Below, in pieces: positions 1 to 9,935 of a stretch of 64,000 bases of DNA. Numbering within the stretch: position 1 is the first letter of the stretch; each line of letters starts with the position of its first letter. Source of the DNA: an uncultured virus (IMG/VR IMGVR_UViG_3300036770_005540) (Duplodnaviria; Heunggongvirae; Uroviricota; Caudoviricetes); the IMG/VR virus record IMGVR_UViG_3300036770_005540, positions 1 to 64,000 of that record. One strand, 5' to 3'. Under the pieces are notes generated by a model, which did no database searches, was not told where the DNA came from, and saw nothing but the letters and a program-made list of their open reading frames with translations. The translations under genes were made by a program, and so were the position numbers.

Positions 1-255
1 CTGTGGGTTGCCCGCTATGTGTATTACTCGGATGCCGAGTTCAAGGATAAGCCAATACCCAAAGACCCCTCCTTGTGGGCAGATTATGCATTTGATTCTC
101 AAAAACTCCCACAACCCGTCAAGGGGTGGAAGACATGGGACGTTTGGCAGTTTGCAGCAAACCACAACCGTGCGGGCAGGAAGTTTGGCATGACATCTGC
201 ACACCTTGACTTGAACATATTGAAAATCGCATCCATGGAACGGCTAAAACTATGA
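1..255 (+). CDS. C-terminal part of a GH25-family muramidase/endolysin (5' truncated by window edge)
   Basis: Frame open from base 1: LWVARY...WDVWQF...LDLN, the typical GH25 C-terminal motifs. Followed by a 2-TM protein. Confidence 0.65.
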   Translation: MWVARYVYYSDAEFKDKPIPKDPSLWADYAFDSQKLPQPVKGWKTWDVWQFAANHNRAGRKFGMTSAHLDLNILKIASMERLKL

Positions 256-524
256 AACAACGCCTAACCCCTGACGAAATTGACGCTCGACTCAAGTTTG
301 TTGTCGGTTGTGTTTTGGCTGCTGTTCTCACTATCACCACCGTTGGTGTCCTCTATGCTCTTGTATTCGTAACACAGCCCATAGGCGCGCAAGCAGAGAA
401 CGACAAAATGTTTTTTGGAGTTCTATCATCCGTGGCAACTTTTATTACTGGAACACTTGCTGGATTAATGATTTCAACTGGAAGAAATGGAAAAAATGAT
501 GATGAACAACAAGACTTGGGCTGA
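252..524 (+). CDS. Two-TM membrane protein, holin-like
   Basis: Two hydrophobic segments and a charged C-terminus. Overlaps the stop of the lysin-like gene. Confidence 0.45.
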   Translation: MKQRLTPDEIDARLKFVVGCVLAAVLTITTVGVLYALVFVTQPIGAQAENDKMFFGVLSSVATFITGTLAGLMISTGRNGKNDDEQQDLG

Positions 525-888
525 ATATAAGGGCGAAATAAAGGGGGTTCGATTTGAATCCCACGAAATGCAGGAGATGGCTGACCCCACCTCCACCAAG
601 CCACCGTATTACCCCCCAGCAGAACAGGAATTCATTTCCGCAATGCAAGTTATTGCCAGGAGGTTCGGGAAATTAGCCGACAATGATGGCAACGGGATTT
701 GGGTTGGCTACGTTGACAAGAAGAACAACGACAACTACTCAAAGGGCATTTACTGTGAGCACTGCGCACACTACGAATCAGAAAAAGTATGCAAGATTAT
801 TGCGGCAAAGATAGAGCCGGGTGGCTACTGCAGACTGGCTGCAATCCCTTCGGAAAAAGTGACTATAAAAGGCAAAAAGAAGAACTAA
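487..888 (+). CDS. Protein with HiPIP-like four-cysteine C-terminal domain
   Basis: CEHCAHY-x5-C...IEPGGYC resembles the HiPIP Cys spacing. Start may be 496-502. Confidence 0.5.
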   Translation: MEKMMMNNKTWAEYKGEIKGVRFESHEMQEMADPTSTKPPYYPPAEQEFISAMQVIARRFGKLADNDGNGIWVGYVDKKNNDNYSKGIYCEHCAHYESEKVCKIIAAKIEPGGYCRLAAIPSEKVTIKGKKKN

Positions 889-1200
889 ATCTTAATCTGC
901 CCATAATCTCCGTCATAATTCTCAACTGCTCTCTTGACGGCAACATGCAGGGCCCCATACATGGTCAGTGCGATTAGTGCTAAAATCATAGGGAAAGATT
1001 ATGGACAAAAACCCACCCACCATGGTGGAACTATGGGGTAGCATTTGTCACTAGGCACTTATGAAAAAAATTAAAGACGACATAACGGTTATGGCAAAAT
1101 TCTTTGTATTTCTGCCTTTTATCGTTTTCTCAATGCTGAAAATGGCCATAAAGGTGCGCAAGGATATGAGCCACCCCAATCCGGAAATGTGGGAGTAAAC

Positions 1201-1530
1201 ATGGTCGGATTTAACGATTATCAAGCAGCAACAGAATCAACTGCCGTATACCCAAAGGACAAGGCTCTTGAGTATCTAGTTCTTGGATTGACGTCCGAGG
1301 CTGGCGAGGTGGCAGGAAAATTAAAGAAAATCATTAGAGATAATGAGTCTGTTGTCGGCATCCATGAGCAACAGGTGATTTGCAAAGAACTTGGTGATGT
1401 CCTTTGGTACATCGCCCAGATTGCTCTGGAACTTAACACAACCCTAGAAACAGTGGCGATGATGAACATCGAAAAATTATCTGACCGAAAGACGCGAGGC
1501 GTAATTGGTGGCAGCGGCGATAGTCGCTAA
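1201..1530 (+). CDS. MazG-like nucleotide pyrophosphohydrolase
   Basis: LGLTSEAGEV...KELGDVLWY...NIEKL motifs. Confidence 0.88.
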   Translation: MVGFNDYQAATESTAVYPKDKALEYLVLGLTSEAGEVAGKLKKIIRDNESVVGIHEQQVICKELGDVLWYIAQIALELNTTLETVAMMNIEKLSDRKTRGVIGGSGDSR

Positions 1531-1775
1531 CCAAGTATTTTTCTATATAGGTCTGAAAGGGCTTCGTTTGGCGTTTTGCCAAGTCCAATCTTTTCTTTAT
1601 TTTCAATAAACCAGTTATTGCATTCCGAGTCGTCGCCGTGTGCGTCAAATGGAACGGCATCACACTCAGCAACCGCAAACCAATTGGCGCCGAATTCGTA
1701 TGTCCCCTGATAGCGAGCCTCGAATATCGCAATTGGCCAAAGGGAGAGTTTTGAAGATTCCGAGTATTCTTCCAT
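1527..1775 (-). CDS. Hypothetical protein
   Basis: 82-aa ORF with ATG start, downstream of tRNA-Arg on the same strand. Confidence 0.55.
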   Translation of the reverse strand: MEEYSESSKLSLWPIAIFEARYQGTYEFGANWFAVAECDAVPFDAHGDDSECNNWFIENKEKIGLGKTPNEALSDLYRKILG

Positions 1776-1790
1776 CCAGACAGTCTAGCG

Positions 1791-1863
1791 CGCCCCCGCC
1801 AGGGCTCGAACCTGGAACCTACTGATTAGAAGTCAGTTGCGCTATCCATTGCGCCACGAGGGC
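1791..1863 (-). tRNA. tRNA-Arg(UCU)
   Basis: Acceptor stem GCCCTCG/CGGGGGC, anticodon arm ACTGA-CTTCTAA-TCAGT, T loop GGTTCGAG. No encoded CCA. Confidence 0.93.
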
Positions 1864-1874
1864 CTACCGAAATA

Positions 1875-3794
1875 TTACTTAATCGGGCAGGCGCCAGTCG
1901 CGCAGTCATCCATGGTCAGTTCGCCGTCAAAAGAACGCTGAACAAGCGGAATCGACATGTCAATCTTTGATACTGCCTTTTCGTATTCCTCTTTTGTTGT
2001 CTCCTCGTATGGGGGGAGCGGGAAATTGTGGTCGGTATGCAAAAGGAACGACACGGATTTCACCGAACTGTCGTAGTTTTTGGACAGCCATTCCTTGATT
2101 TCAGGTAGTTCCTCAAGTCGGTAGTAAACGGTAACCGACACGGCGTTGTCGGCCCAAATCGTCTGCATTTTCTTCACCCACTCCAACTGCTGAACGGCGG
2201 TCATCTCAGAAGCGAGGATTGCGTTGTCTGGAGACTTGCACGGGAAGTCAACCACGTAACGCGTGTGGTCTTCTCGGCCATCGATACCAATATCCCACTG
2301 CACTTTGTAGCCACGCTTGCGGCAAGCCTCAACAAGTGGGTCAGAAGACCCGAATCGAACACGGCGCGTGTAGTACTTAGCGTATGCGGGGTGGATTCCT
2401 GGCGTAACGCCTGGAAGAAGGCTCAGGGTCCCAGACGGTTGGACCGTGGTGAGACGCACCGACTTTGGAAGGCTCTTAGAAACGCTCCAAGAAGCGTCGA
2501 ACTTCTCCAAGTTCGTATAGGTGTCGTCAAGCCATGAAATCTGCTCCTCCGAACACTGGAGGATTCCCGTAATCGACTGACCCAATCGAGCATTCTTCCT
2601 AACGATGTTTGTCGTTTTTTCATATGGGTAAGACATTGTCGTAATGTGCTTCTGCACCTTGTAGAGCAACTGTGAGATATCCATCAACTGCTCTTTATCC
2701 TCGACATTTGGAAGGAAGATAGTTGCCAGGTTGCAGGACTCACCGTCAGCAAGGCCGATTTCTGCACATGGGTTGAATCCCTCGATTGAGTTATCTGTTT
2801 TTTGTTCGCCAAGTCGGCCGTACTTACGCGCCAACTTGCGATTTACGAGACCGTATGGCTCACCGGAGCCGTCATAGCCCTTCCACAACTCCGGCATGAT
2901 TTCTTCGTATGCATCTGCGTAAATGCTGTTATTGCTGTTTGCGCGCCATGCGGGAACAGAGCCAGATGACCAATTCTTGGCGCGAATGAAAAGAACGTCA
3001 TCCGGGTCGCCAATTGCAATTTGAGCAGAGCGGCGCGATGAGCCAGAAACAACGATGCGCCCGATGATATTGCAAATATCCAAAACATCAATTGAACGGA
3101 GTTTCTTGCCGACTCGATTTTCCATGACCTTGCAAATATCCGAAACACCATCAATGAGCGCGCCAGGTCCGCTTGCTGTTCCGCCAAATGTCTTAAGCGG
3201 CGCTCCATATTCGCGCACCAGAATTGTGGAGTAAGTGAACGACTTTCCAGTGTCAAAATAAGATTTCAAAACAGCATGAAGCAAGCGCTTCCATCCGTGT
3301 CGTGAGTCTGGGACGATAATGTCAGCGTCATTGCTGCGTTCGTGAGTGATTGATACACCAGCCTTGACTTTTGGAAGTTCGTGTATTTTGGAGCGCTCAA
3401 CGGAGAAGCCAACACCGCCACCCAACATGAGGTACTCGAACAGCATCTCAAAATCTTCGATTGATTCAATGTTGGTGAAGTAACAGTTATTGAGCGACGT
3501 GGCATTGAACTTCTTTACAAGAGGTGTTCCCATTTGCCAAAGTGAGCGACCCGAAAAAGAACAGCGAAGATTAAAGCAGTGGTCAAATAGACGTTCGGCC
3601 TCGGCATCTGTCAATGGCACGCCAGACTCAATGGCGCCATTAATAACTCGCTGAAGAGTTTCGGTCCATGTCTCGTTGTCGCCGTTGTCCTTCTTGCGAC
3701 TATATGTACGCAAGAAAACTATTTCCCCAAGACCACCAAAACCCCAAGGGGGTGTTTTTTGAGAATATGAGTCCACAAATGATTGTTCAAGCAT
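1875..3794 (-). CDS. nrdJ: Class II (adenosylcobalamin-dependent) ribonucleotide reductase, monomeric RTPR-like
   Basis: RTYSR, LNNC, RRSAQI, catalytic NPCAEI, QPSGT and C-terminal CATGACPIK redox pair. Start taken at MLEQSF. Confidence 0.93.
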   Translation of the reverse strand: MLEQSFVDSYSQKTPPWGFGGLGEIVFLRTYSRKKDNGDNETWTETLQRVINGAIESGVPLTDAEAERLFDHCFNLRCSFSGRSLWQMGTPLVKKFNATSLNNCYFTNIESIEDFEMLFEYLMLGGGVGFSVERSKIHELPKVKAGVSITHERSNDADIIVPDSRHGWKRLLHAVLKSYFDTGKSFTYSTILVREYGAPLKTFGGTASGPGALIDGVSDICKVMENRVGKKLRSIDVLDICNIIGRIVVSGSSRRSAQIAIGDPDDVLFIRAKNWSSGSVPAWRANSNNSIYADAYEEIMPELWKGYDGSGEPYGLVNRKLARKYGRLGEQKTDNSIEGFNPCAEIGLADGESCNLATIFLPNVEDKEQLMDISQLLYKVQKHITTMSYPYEKTTNIVRKNARLGQSITGILQCSEEQISWLDDTYTNLEKFDASWSVSKSLPKSVRLTTVQPSGTLSLLPGVTPGIHPAYAKYYTRRVRFGSSDPLVEACRKRGYKVQWDIGIDGREDHTRYVVDFPCKSPDNAILASEMTAVQQLEWVKKMQTIWADNAVSVTVYYRLEELPEIKEWLSKNYDSSVKSVSFLLHTDHNFPLPPYEETTKEEYEKAVSKIDMSIPLVQRSFDGELTMDDCATGACPIK

Positions 3795-3857
3795 GATTTT
3801 CCCCGTGATATTGTTTTGAGTTGCCCAGAGTACCACAGGGCCAAATACAGAAAGAGT

Positions 3858-4172
3858 CTAAATTAGACCTAAATTTTTTGCTTGCGTGACGGATATGACT
3901 TTTCCTGCCACCGCCACCAAAACTCTGGTTTTTGTTGTTGGGGTTAATTGTCTTTCGACGTAAACATCTTCTTTGACAACAAATTGTTGAGCATCTGGGT
4001 TGGGTTCTTCGACCCCAAAGCCTATGATGTGGTCTGGTTCTGCTGTGCTTTCCCCAACGCAATCTCCAGTTGGGTGCCCGCAGACTGGGCAAGGCTGCCT
4101 ATCGGCAGGGCTTATTTTGATATTGTCACCAATTGAGTATGGTCTCAAAAAATTATTTTTATAAAAAACCAT
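3858..4172 (-). CDS. Hypothetical protein with CPVCGH-x4-C motif
   Basis: ORF upstream of nrdJ on the same strand. Confidence 0.55.
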   Translation of the reverse strand: MVFYKNNFLRPYSIGDNIKISPADRQPCPVCGHPTGDCVGESTAEPDHIIGFGVEEPNPDAQQFVVKEDVYVERQLTPTTKTRVLVAVAGKVISVTQAKNLGLI

Positions 4173-4190
4173 GAACAATTATAACCCTCC

Positions 4191-4263
4191 GGGCCAGTAA
4201 CTCAGTGGTTAGAGTAGCACTCTTATAAAGTGCAAGTCGCGGGTTCAATTCCCGTCTGGCCCA
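4191..4263 (+). tRNA. tRNA-Ile(UAU)
   Basis: Acceptor stem GGGCCAG/CTGGCCC with discriminator A, anticodon arm GCACT-CTTATAA-AGTGC (anticodon TAT at 4224-4226), T arm GCGGG-TTCAATT-CCCGT. Confidence 0.92.
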
Positions 4264-4890
4264 CTAAAATTCTTGTATCAAAAACCCACTTCCTGTTATG
4301 TCGTATGCTATTTCTGGTGTTAGTTGGGTATCTGCAATATCTTTATCTATTTGCCTTCTAAAAGCACTGTGAAGCATGGATGGATATGCATATCTTTGCA
4401 CAGTATGTATGGCGTTCTGGGAAAACTCCATTAAGTGCCCCCAGTCGACCCTTCTCCCCAATCCATATTTGTATGGCATGGAAAAAAGATATATATCCGG
4501 TACACCAACCAATTCGTTTTCCTCACAATGTATAACGGTTAGGCACTCTTTGACTTTGGTCTCGGGTTCCAGAAAAGCCAAGGACAGTTCCCTGTTTTGC
4601 GGTTCGTCCGCAACATACCCCTCGGCAATAAAAGTCAAAGACGTTACACCCAATTGAAATCTTAGAATTTTCATTAACTCATAACACCTGGCAAACCTTT
4701 TTTGATGGGGCTCTTTCATAAACTTTGATTCAAGTTGGGCACACAAAAATGGCCTATTATCACGCCACGCAAAAAAGTTAAAGGACAGGTCCTCCCCAAC
4801 ACCTTCGGATTTAACAATTAGATTTTTTGCAAGTTGCGACGCAGTAAGTGTCAATGCAATCTTTGAAAAAGGGTCAAGATATTTGTCCAC
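4264..4890 (-). CDS. Hypothetical protein
   Basis: 208-aa ORF, no recognised motif. Confidence 0.65.
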   Translation of the reverse strand: MDKYLDPFSKIALTLTASQLAKNLIVKSEGVGEDLSFNFFAWRDNRPFLCAQLESKFMKEPHQKRFARCYELMKILRFQLGVTSLTFIAEGYVADEPQNRELSLAFLEPETKVKECLTVIHCEENELVGVPDIYLFSMPYKYGLGRRVDWGHLMEFSQNAIHTVQRYAYPSMLHSAFRRQIDKDIADTQLTPEIAYDITGSGFLIQEF

Positions 4891-4951
4891 GCGCTACGAC
4901 ATTAGCAATAGTTGCAATGACGATGGGGGATAATGGATTAAGGTTCAATTT

Positions 4952-5194
4952 ATGAGCAAAAAGAAAACATCCAGCAAGAAGCCTTCGACTGCAAAGAAGA
5001 AGCCTTCGACCGCAAAGAAGAAGCCTGCCAATAAGGTCCCACAAAAAATTGAAGTTGATGTGCCGACCGTCGATGAAGTGAAGGACCTTGTTTCCGACAC
5101 ACTCAACGCCGTGAAGGACAACAACTGGCAAATCACGCCAGCCGTCAAAAAGGGATTTTTGGCAAGAGTTAAGTCTTGGTTTAAGGTAAGTTGA
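4952..5194 (+). CDS. Small Lys-rich protein with KKPSTAK repeats
   Basis: Tandem 21-nt repeat encoding KKPSTAK, followed by an acidic middle section. Confidence 0.6.
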   Translation: MSKKKTSSKKPSTAKKKPSTAKKKPANKVPQKIEVDVPTVDEVKDLVSDTLNAVKDNNWQITPAVKKGFLARVKSWFKVS

Positions 5195-5345
5195 AGAAAA
5201 AGAGCAAAAACCCTTCAGGTTTGCTCGCCTCAAACCTGGTTGGTGAAAAACTTGCTCGTCGCATGCAGTATGACGACGCTCAAGAACTCATCAAATCAGT
5301 TACGTTGAGGAACGGCGCGTTCCGAAAAGTCGCCAAGAAGCGTTC

Positions 5346-6188
5346 TTAATCGACAACTTCTGGGAAGTTCTCCCATGCACCGCCAAAAGGCTTTATGACG
5401 AGCGTCTTTTCGCGCGTCATCCACTTATTGAATGCGCTGATATAGACGGCAATATTTGTCTTGCTGGCCTGTCGTGACCATTGGCCACGCTGGCGAGACA
5501 GCCAATTGCGCAAGGCTAGGGGTGATTCTCCCGGCTTCAGCCCTGCTCCATCAATGACCAGATTGATAAATGTGTCAACCTTTTCTCGCCCGTGCTTCTG
5601 AGCAGCAAGAATTGCAAACACGCCCCATGCGTGGCGAATGCCACCAACGGCACCATCAGCACGTCGGCTAAGCGAAAGCGCCCAATCCAGCATCTCGTCG
5701 TTTTTGTTGACGTATTCGACAATGTCGTGTCGCTGAACCAAGGACATTGAATTTGAATCCATCGGATTGAGGCCTGCCTCCATGCAAATCATGGTGCGAG
5801 CCATTGGGGTGATGTGTGTTGCGTTGGCTGGCATTCCCGCAGCAGCAAGAGCATCATTCACCGAGCGACCCAGACCCGAGTCAATTGACGTGTATGCGGA
5901 ATCATCAACACCACGCAAGACAAGGCACTGACATGGCTGATTTGACTCAACAATTGCAGTGAGGCGATGCTGACCATTCAGCAATTTGCCACTCTTGGAG
6001 ATGGTGATTGCGTCGTTCTGGATTTCCCACAAACCACGCTTCATTGCGTCCGTGTATTGGGCGACACGGTGTTTGCGCAATTTGCGGTTATCGGTGTTGC
6101 CCTCAAGCAACTTTTTGGCAGAAGAGGGAGTGATTACCTCAATTGCAACGGTTATGTCGGATGGGATTGTGTAGTTTTTGTTTGTCAT
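5346..6188 (-). CDS. ParB/Srx-like N-terminal domain protein
   Basis: NRKL...LLNGQHRLTAI, a DGQHR-type ParB-superfamily motif. Confidence 0.7.
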   Translation of the reverse strand: MTNKNYTIPSDITVAIEVITPSSAKKLLEGNTDNRKLRKHRVAQYTDAMKRGLWEIQNDAITISKSGKLLNGQHRLTAIVESNQPCQCLVLRGVDDSAYTSIDSGLGRSVNDALAAAGMPANATHITPMARTMICMEAGLNPMDSNSMSLVQRHDIVEYVNKNDEMLDWALSLSRRADGAVGGIRHAWGVFAILAAQKHGREKVDTFINLVIDGAGLKPGESPLALRNWLSRQRGQWSRQASKTNIAVYISAFNKWMTREKTLVIKPFGGAWENFPEVVD

Positions 6189-6241
6189 AGTAAGTTGTAC
6201 CCTATCGGTGTTACGGACCTATTCCAACCTGTTGGGAGGAA

Positions 6242-6457
6242 TTATTTCGCGCTCTCTGTGACTCCGGTCATTGACGCCAACTCCTGCTCTATTAGTGCCT
6301 CGAACTCATCACGGTGGTTGTGCTGGAGAACCAGGGAAGCCCGTCTGCGCGCCTCGGCCCTAATTCGGTATTTTTCATGATTGGGCTTGGTTTCTCCTTT
6401 TGCCTTACGTCCACGAGAGATGACTCCGTCTCGCTTTAATTGCTCAAAATTACTCAT
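6242..6457 (-). CDS. Hypothetical basic protein
   Basis: 71-aa ORF with upstream AAGGA. Confidence 0.6.
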   Translation of the reverse strand: MSNFEQLKRDGVISRGRKAKGETKPNHEKYRIRAEARRRASLVLQHNHRDEFEALIEQELASMTGVTESAK

Positions 6458-6585
6458 TAGTTGTTAATCCTTTATTAGTAGGTGATTTAAACCTACAGGT
6501 AACGCAGAATAAAAACAACCCCATAATTACCTATTTATGGGATTGGGTTGCAAAAGCCCTTTTATGCCTGTTGAATGTAGGCACT

Positions 6586-6810
6586 ATGGCAAGACAACAC
6601 GGCTCAAAGCAAATAAGAAGATTTCTTTCCGAAATCCAAAAACTTGGTTTCAGGGTAGAAAACATGAACAATAAGTACAAAATCACACCGCCAAGGCATC
6701 TTGGAACACGTGTGTACTTCACGCATGGAACACCAAAGGCAATCAAACCTTTATGCGCTGATTTTAGGAAAATTTACGGAGTTGAACTTGACTGGCAAGA
6801 CTTTGTTTAA
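6586..6810 (+). CDS. HicA-like small protein
   Basis: Helix-LGFRVE-YKITPP-YFTHGTP pattern resembles phage HicA-fold proteins. Confidence 0.45.
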   Translation: MARQHGSKQIRRFLSEIQKLGFRVENMNNKYKITPPRHLGTRVYFTHGTPKAIKPLCADFRKIYGVELDWQDFV

Positions 6811-7103
6811 GTGTTTCTCCTGAGCGGTTTAATTCCCATTTTTTCTGCCGCGCGTTCAAGTCTTTCCGGCAAATCAGAAGATGTTCTGAACTTCGGAAAA
6901 ACTTTCGGATACCCAAATCTCGTGTCCATTACAGAAACCCGACCATCGACAGATGTTTTCCAATCTGGAATATTTTTATTCAACCACGCCTCTCCGTTGC
7001 CATTTTTCACGTTTGCCTTGCGAAGTCGCTGATTGAGAACATTTGCATGCTCAGTTAATTTAAGCATCGACTCAATTGACTCTGGCTCGAATGTGGATGA
7101 CAT
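6807..7103 (-). CDS. Hypothetical protein
   Basis: Coupled to 7103..7537 by a 1-nt overlap. Confidence 0.6.
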   Translation of the reverse strand: MSSTFEPESIESMLKLTEHANVLNQRLRKANVKNGNGEAWLNKNIPDWKTSVDGRVSVMDTRFGYPKVFPKFRTSSDLPERLERAAEKMGIKPLRRNT

Positions 7104-7537
7104 TACTTTTTACCGTTGGCCATGATTTCATCAACGATGATTGTGGAATACTTTTTTCTTAGACGCCATATTTTGCTATTCATCTCCATAATGGCCTCCG
7201 TCTGGCGAGCCTTACTGCAAATTTGCGGGTCATACACACCATACTTCTTGAACAACACATCATCAAAATCAGAATTCTCAATGAGGATGTCGGAAATCCA
7301 TTGACCTTTATTATCTATTTGAATCATCAGATTGCAAAGCCCCTCATAACCAAAATCATCAAATACCTTATGAACCACTAATTCACAAAAGTTATCGCGG
7401 AACATTCTCTCTGCGTGACGACCATCTTTCATGAACTCAGATAAAAAGTCCATTATTTGTTCTTTGTCGTACCTATCGGCATCCGGGTCTTGTGCATCGC
7501 CTTCGATGTTTTCATTTTCATCTGACATATGAACCAC
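7103..7537 (-). CDS. Hypothetical acidic protein
   Basis: ORF in an operon-like run after the DUF932-like gene. Confidence 0.6.
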   Translation of the reverse strand: MVHMSDENENIEGDAQDPDADRYDKEQIMDFLSEFMKDGRHAERMFRDNFCELVVHKVFDDFGYEGLCNLMIQIDNKGQWISDILIENSDFDDVLFKKYGVYDPQICSKARQTEAIMEMNSKIWRLRKKYSTIIVDEIMANGKK

Positions 7538-7577
7538 CGCCTAAGAGTGACTTAAAACATTATCTCACTAAGCGACG

Positions 7578-8597
7578 TCACGCAAACGACAGTAGTAGTG
7601 CCTCTGTCTGTTTTTTGGTTTTTGTAACCCACGAATAGGTGCTCATGGAAGCATTCGCTTTATTATTAACAGTTGCGTCTCGGTAGTGGTCAAGATATTC
7701 ACCAACTGAGTTGAGCATTGACCAAGCATTATTGCCATATCCGCCAGCGTTATTGGAATTTACGTACAGGCCCTTTACCGTTGACCAGGTTTCCTCGCGA
7801 TTTTTCTTTTGACGCTCACTTTCTTCATTTTTCATTGGAAAAATATTGTTGAGGACCTTGTCAATCTTGATTGGATTCATGTCAATTTTCAACAATTTCT
7901 CCGCCGTGGCGGAGAATGCCTTTGCCCACTCAACGGACATTCCAAGAATTGTCCTAGCCTCTTCCATGGCATTGTCTGCGTTGCGTGTGTGGCGGGCAGT
8001 AAAAACACTCTGAGCAGAACTGAGGCCTGCTATTACCGTGTTCTTGCAAACCGCCCTGATGCTGGTATTGGCAAATGTAATCGGGGTTTTCCCATCATGG
8101 CCATTGCGAACAAGCAGATAGCGCTGAATCTCGTCCTTAACGCCAATTGGGTCAATAATCAGAGAGCCCAAATCAATGCAGGCAAAAAATTCTCGCCCTT
8201 CATCGAGTACTCCGCATGTATCAACAACAGCGTCGCCACCGGAAGCACCGACAACGTCCAGTGCTCTATCCATAACCTCTCGATTTTGCTGAACAGTAAA
8301 ACGTGTTCCAACGGTGGAGAGGCCGTCAAAACTGCCATCTGCGTTAATTCTGATGGTGGCCCTAGAGTCATTGACCCTCACAATCTGCCCATCTGGATTG
8401 CGCAAGATTTCTCCGTTTGCATCCACTGCCGCCACTTCGGCCAGCACGACATCAAAGTCCGCTTCGGCAGCAGCAAGCATTGCCTCTGCTGTTTGCAAAC
8501 CCCTCATCGCAACGCCCAACCTGTGCCAGGGGATTTCCCTATCGGCGTAGGCCATTTTTGCTTTTCCTGCTTTGTTTATTTCTATGTTGTGAGCCAT
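7578..8597 (-). CDS. DUF932 / phage-plasmid TIGR03299-like protein
   Basis: MAHNIE...PWHRLG, VQQN, YLLVRNGHDG, IRAVCKNT and RHT motifs. Confidence 0.85.
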   Translation of the reverse strand: MAHNIEINKAGKAKMAYADREIPWHRLGVAMRGLQTAEAMLAAAEADFDVVLAEVAAVDANGEILRNPDGQIVRVNDSRATIRINADGSFDGLSTVGTRFTVQQNREVMDRALDVVGASGGDAVVDTCGVLDEGREFFACIDLGSLIIDPIGVKDEIQRYLLVRNGHDGKTPITFANTSIRAVCKNTVIAGLSSAQSVFTARHTRNADNAMEEARTILGMSVEWAKAFSATAEKLLKIDMNPIKIDKVLNNIFPMKNEESERQKKNREETWSTVKGLYVNSNNAGGYGNNAWSMLNSVGEYLDHYRDATVNNKANASMSTYSWVTKTKKQTEALLLSFA

Positions 8598-8673
8598 ACC
8601 CTCAACTATATCGGATAAATCTAACCAAAAACAACGGTTGTCAAGTTGGTTTGGGTGCGGGTAGGCTGAAAAT

Positions 8674-8880
8674 ATGAATAATTATGAAAAAGAAACTAAT
8701 GTTTACAAATTTATTGATAAACAAATTGGAGATTTATTATCAATGAGTATTAGAAATACGCATAAACGAATTCCAGTTTTACAAGTAATTAAATTACTTT
8801 GTGAAATAGAAGATTTGATTCCAGAAGTTGTTATTGATGGCGATGAAATGGTTAAGTATTTTAATAAAAAGAGTCACTAG
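8674..8880 (+). CDS. Hypothetical protein (AT-rich gene)
   Basis: 68-aa ORF, visibly more AT-rich than its neighbours. Confidence 0.5.
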   Translation: MNNYEKETNVYKFIDKQIGDLLSMSIRNTHKRIPVLQVIKLLCEIEDLIPEVVIDGDEMVKYFNKKSH

Positions 8881-8984
8881 GGGAGCAAATCTGCTAAACT
8901 GGTACTAGTCTGTTAGAGAGATAATACGGCGGTTTTTACTAACCAATCGCCAGTTCATATTCCCGACACTCAGGAGAGACACAC

Positions 8985-9599
8985 TTGAATACGTTTATGG
9001 GTTGGGGTTTATCTTTTACCCTATTTTTCCTAGGTATAAACATTCCCGCAAGAGCCGACGCCCCCATGTCGGCCGTTGAGGCCCCAGCAACCCCATCGGT
9101 ACCCGAAGGGCTCGAACACCAATGGTCCCCATGGCCAAGTGAAAAACTTGAGACGTCTAGGGCCGAGGCAAATAAGCCACCAGAGACGGTTTTTAAATGG
9201 GGCGACATTTCCTGGTTGCCGAAACTGGCAACCGAGGCTGGCTGGCCGCCCGAAACCCACAAAAAACTTGGCCAAATCATTCTGAGAGAATCCGGGGGGT
9301 GTCCAAATAGGCGTGGCGGTGATGCCGTTGACCCAAATTGCAATATCACCCACGTAACCACGTGGACTCATCGTTCTGATACTGGATTGTTGCAAATCAA
9401 TGGCGTAAATTACAACACCAAACGCAATAAGTGGGCGCGTGTCTGCCTTGACATGGGCATCTGTTCGCAAGAACCGCTTCTAGACCCCCTCCTAAACCTT
9501 AAGGCTGGCTATCTTCTCTACACCTACTCAGGCTGGGACCCATGGGACCCCTGTGCGTGGGGTGAAGCGTGGGCGCACCGTTGCAAAAAGAAACCGTAA
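8985..9599 (+). CDS. Secreted lysozyme-like/SLT lytic transglycosylase
   Basis: Signal-peptide-like N-terminus. Catalytic RESGG, DTGLLQIN, N.KAG..LY and GW.PW motifs. Confidence 0.8.
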   Translation: MNTFMGWGLSFTLFFLGINIPARADAPMSAVEAPATPSVPEGLEHQWSPWPSEKLETSRAEANKPPETVFKWGDISWLPKLATEAGWPPETHKKLGQIILRESGGCPNRRGGDAVDPNCNITHVTTWTHRSDTGLLQINGVNYNTKRNKWARVCLDMGICSQEPLLDPLLNLKAGYLLYTYSGWDPWDPCAWGEAWAHRCKKKP

Positions 9600-9626
9600 C
9601 GGGTTTCTGCGGCTAGTATTTGCCGC

Positions 9627-9935
9627 GTGACAAAGAAAAACATCAGGGGAGAAATCCTAAACGAAACAGAAGCCATCATTAATGGCAAACGCAACAGAGA
9701 CTATGGCGACCCAGTAGAGGACTTTACGACAACTGCCGCACTCTGGCAGACGTATCTTGCCAGAATTTATGCGCGTAGGGGAGAATTAACACTTCTGCCC
9801 CACGATATTGCAGCCATGATGATGCTCCTTAAGATGGCGCGACTTACTTGGACGCCGGAAGAAAAAGACCACTGGATGGACACAATCGGATATGGGGCAC
9901 TTGGGTGGGAATGCGCGGTTAGAGAAGATGACTAG
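9627..9935 (+). CDS. DUF6378-like phage protein
   Basis: R...YGDP...F...A.LW, MMLLKMAR and D.W.D.IGY motifs. Confidence 0.75.
   Translation: MTKKNIRGEILNETEAIINGKRNRDYGDPVEDFTTTAALWQTYLARIYARRGELTLLPHDIAAMMMLLKMARLTWTPEEKDHWMDTIGYGALGWECAVREDD

Noticed and set aside
1875..3794. Intein or intron in nrdJ, or stop-codon recoding in the window
   Set aside because: nrdJ, primase-helicase and SNF2 ORFs are continuous and of ordinary length under the standard code.
6586..6810. Complete HicAB toxin-antitoxin pair
   Set aside because: No HicB-like neighbour is recognisable and the HicA resemblance itself is weak.
7809..8618. 269-aa + strand ORF
   Set aside because: Antisense shadow of the DUF932-like gene.
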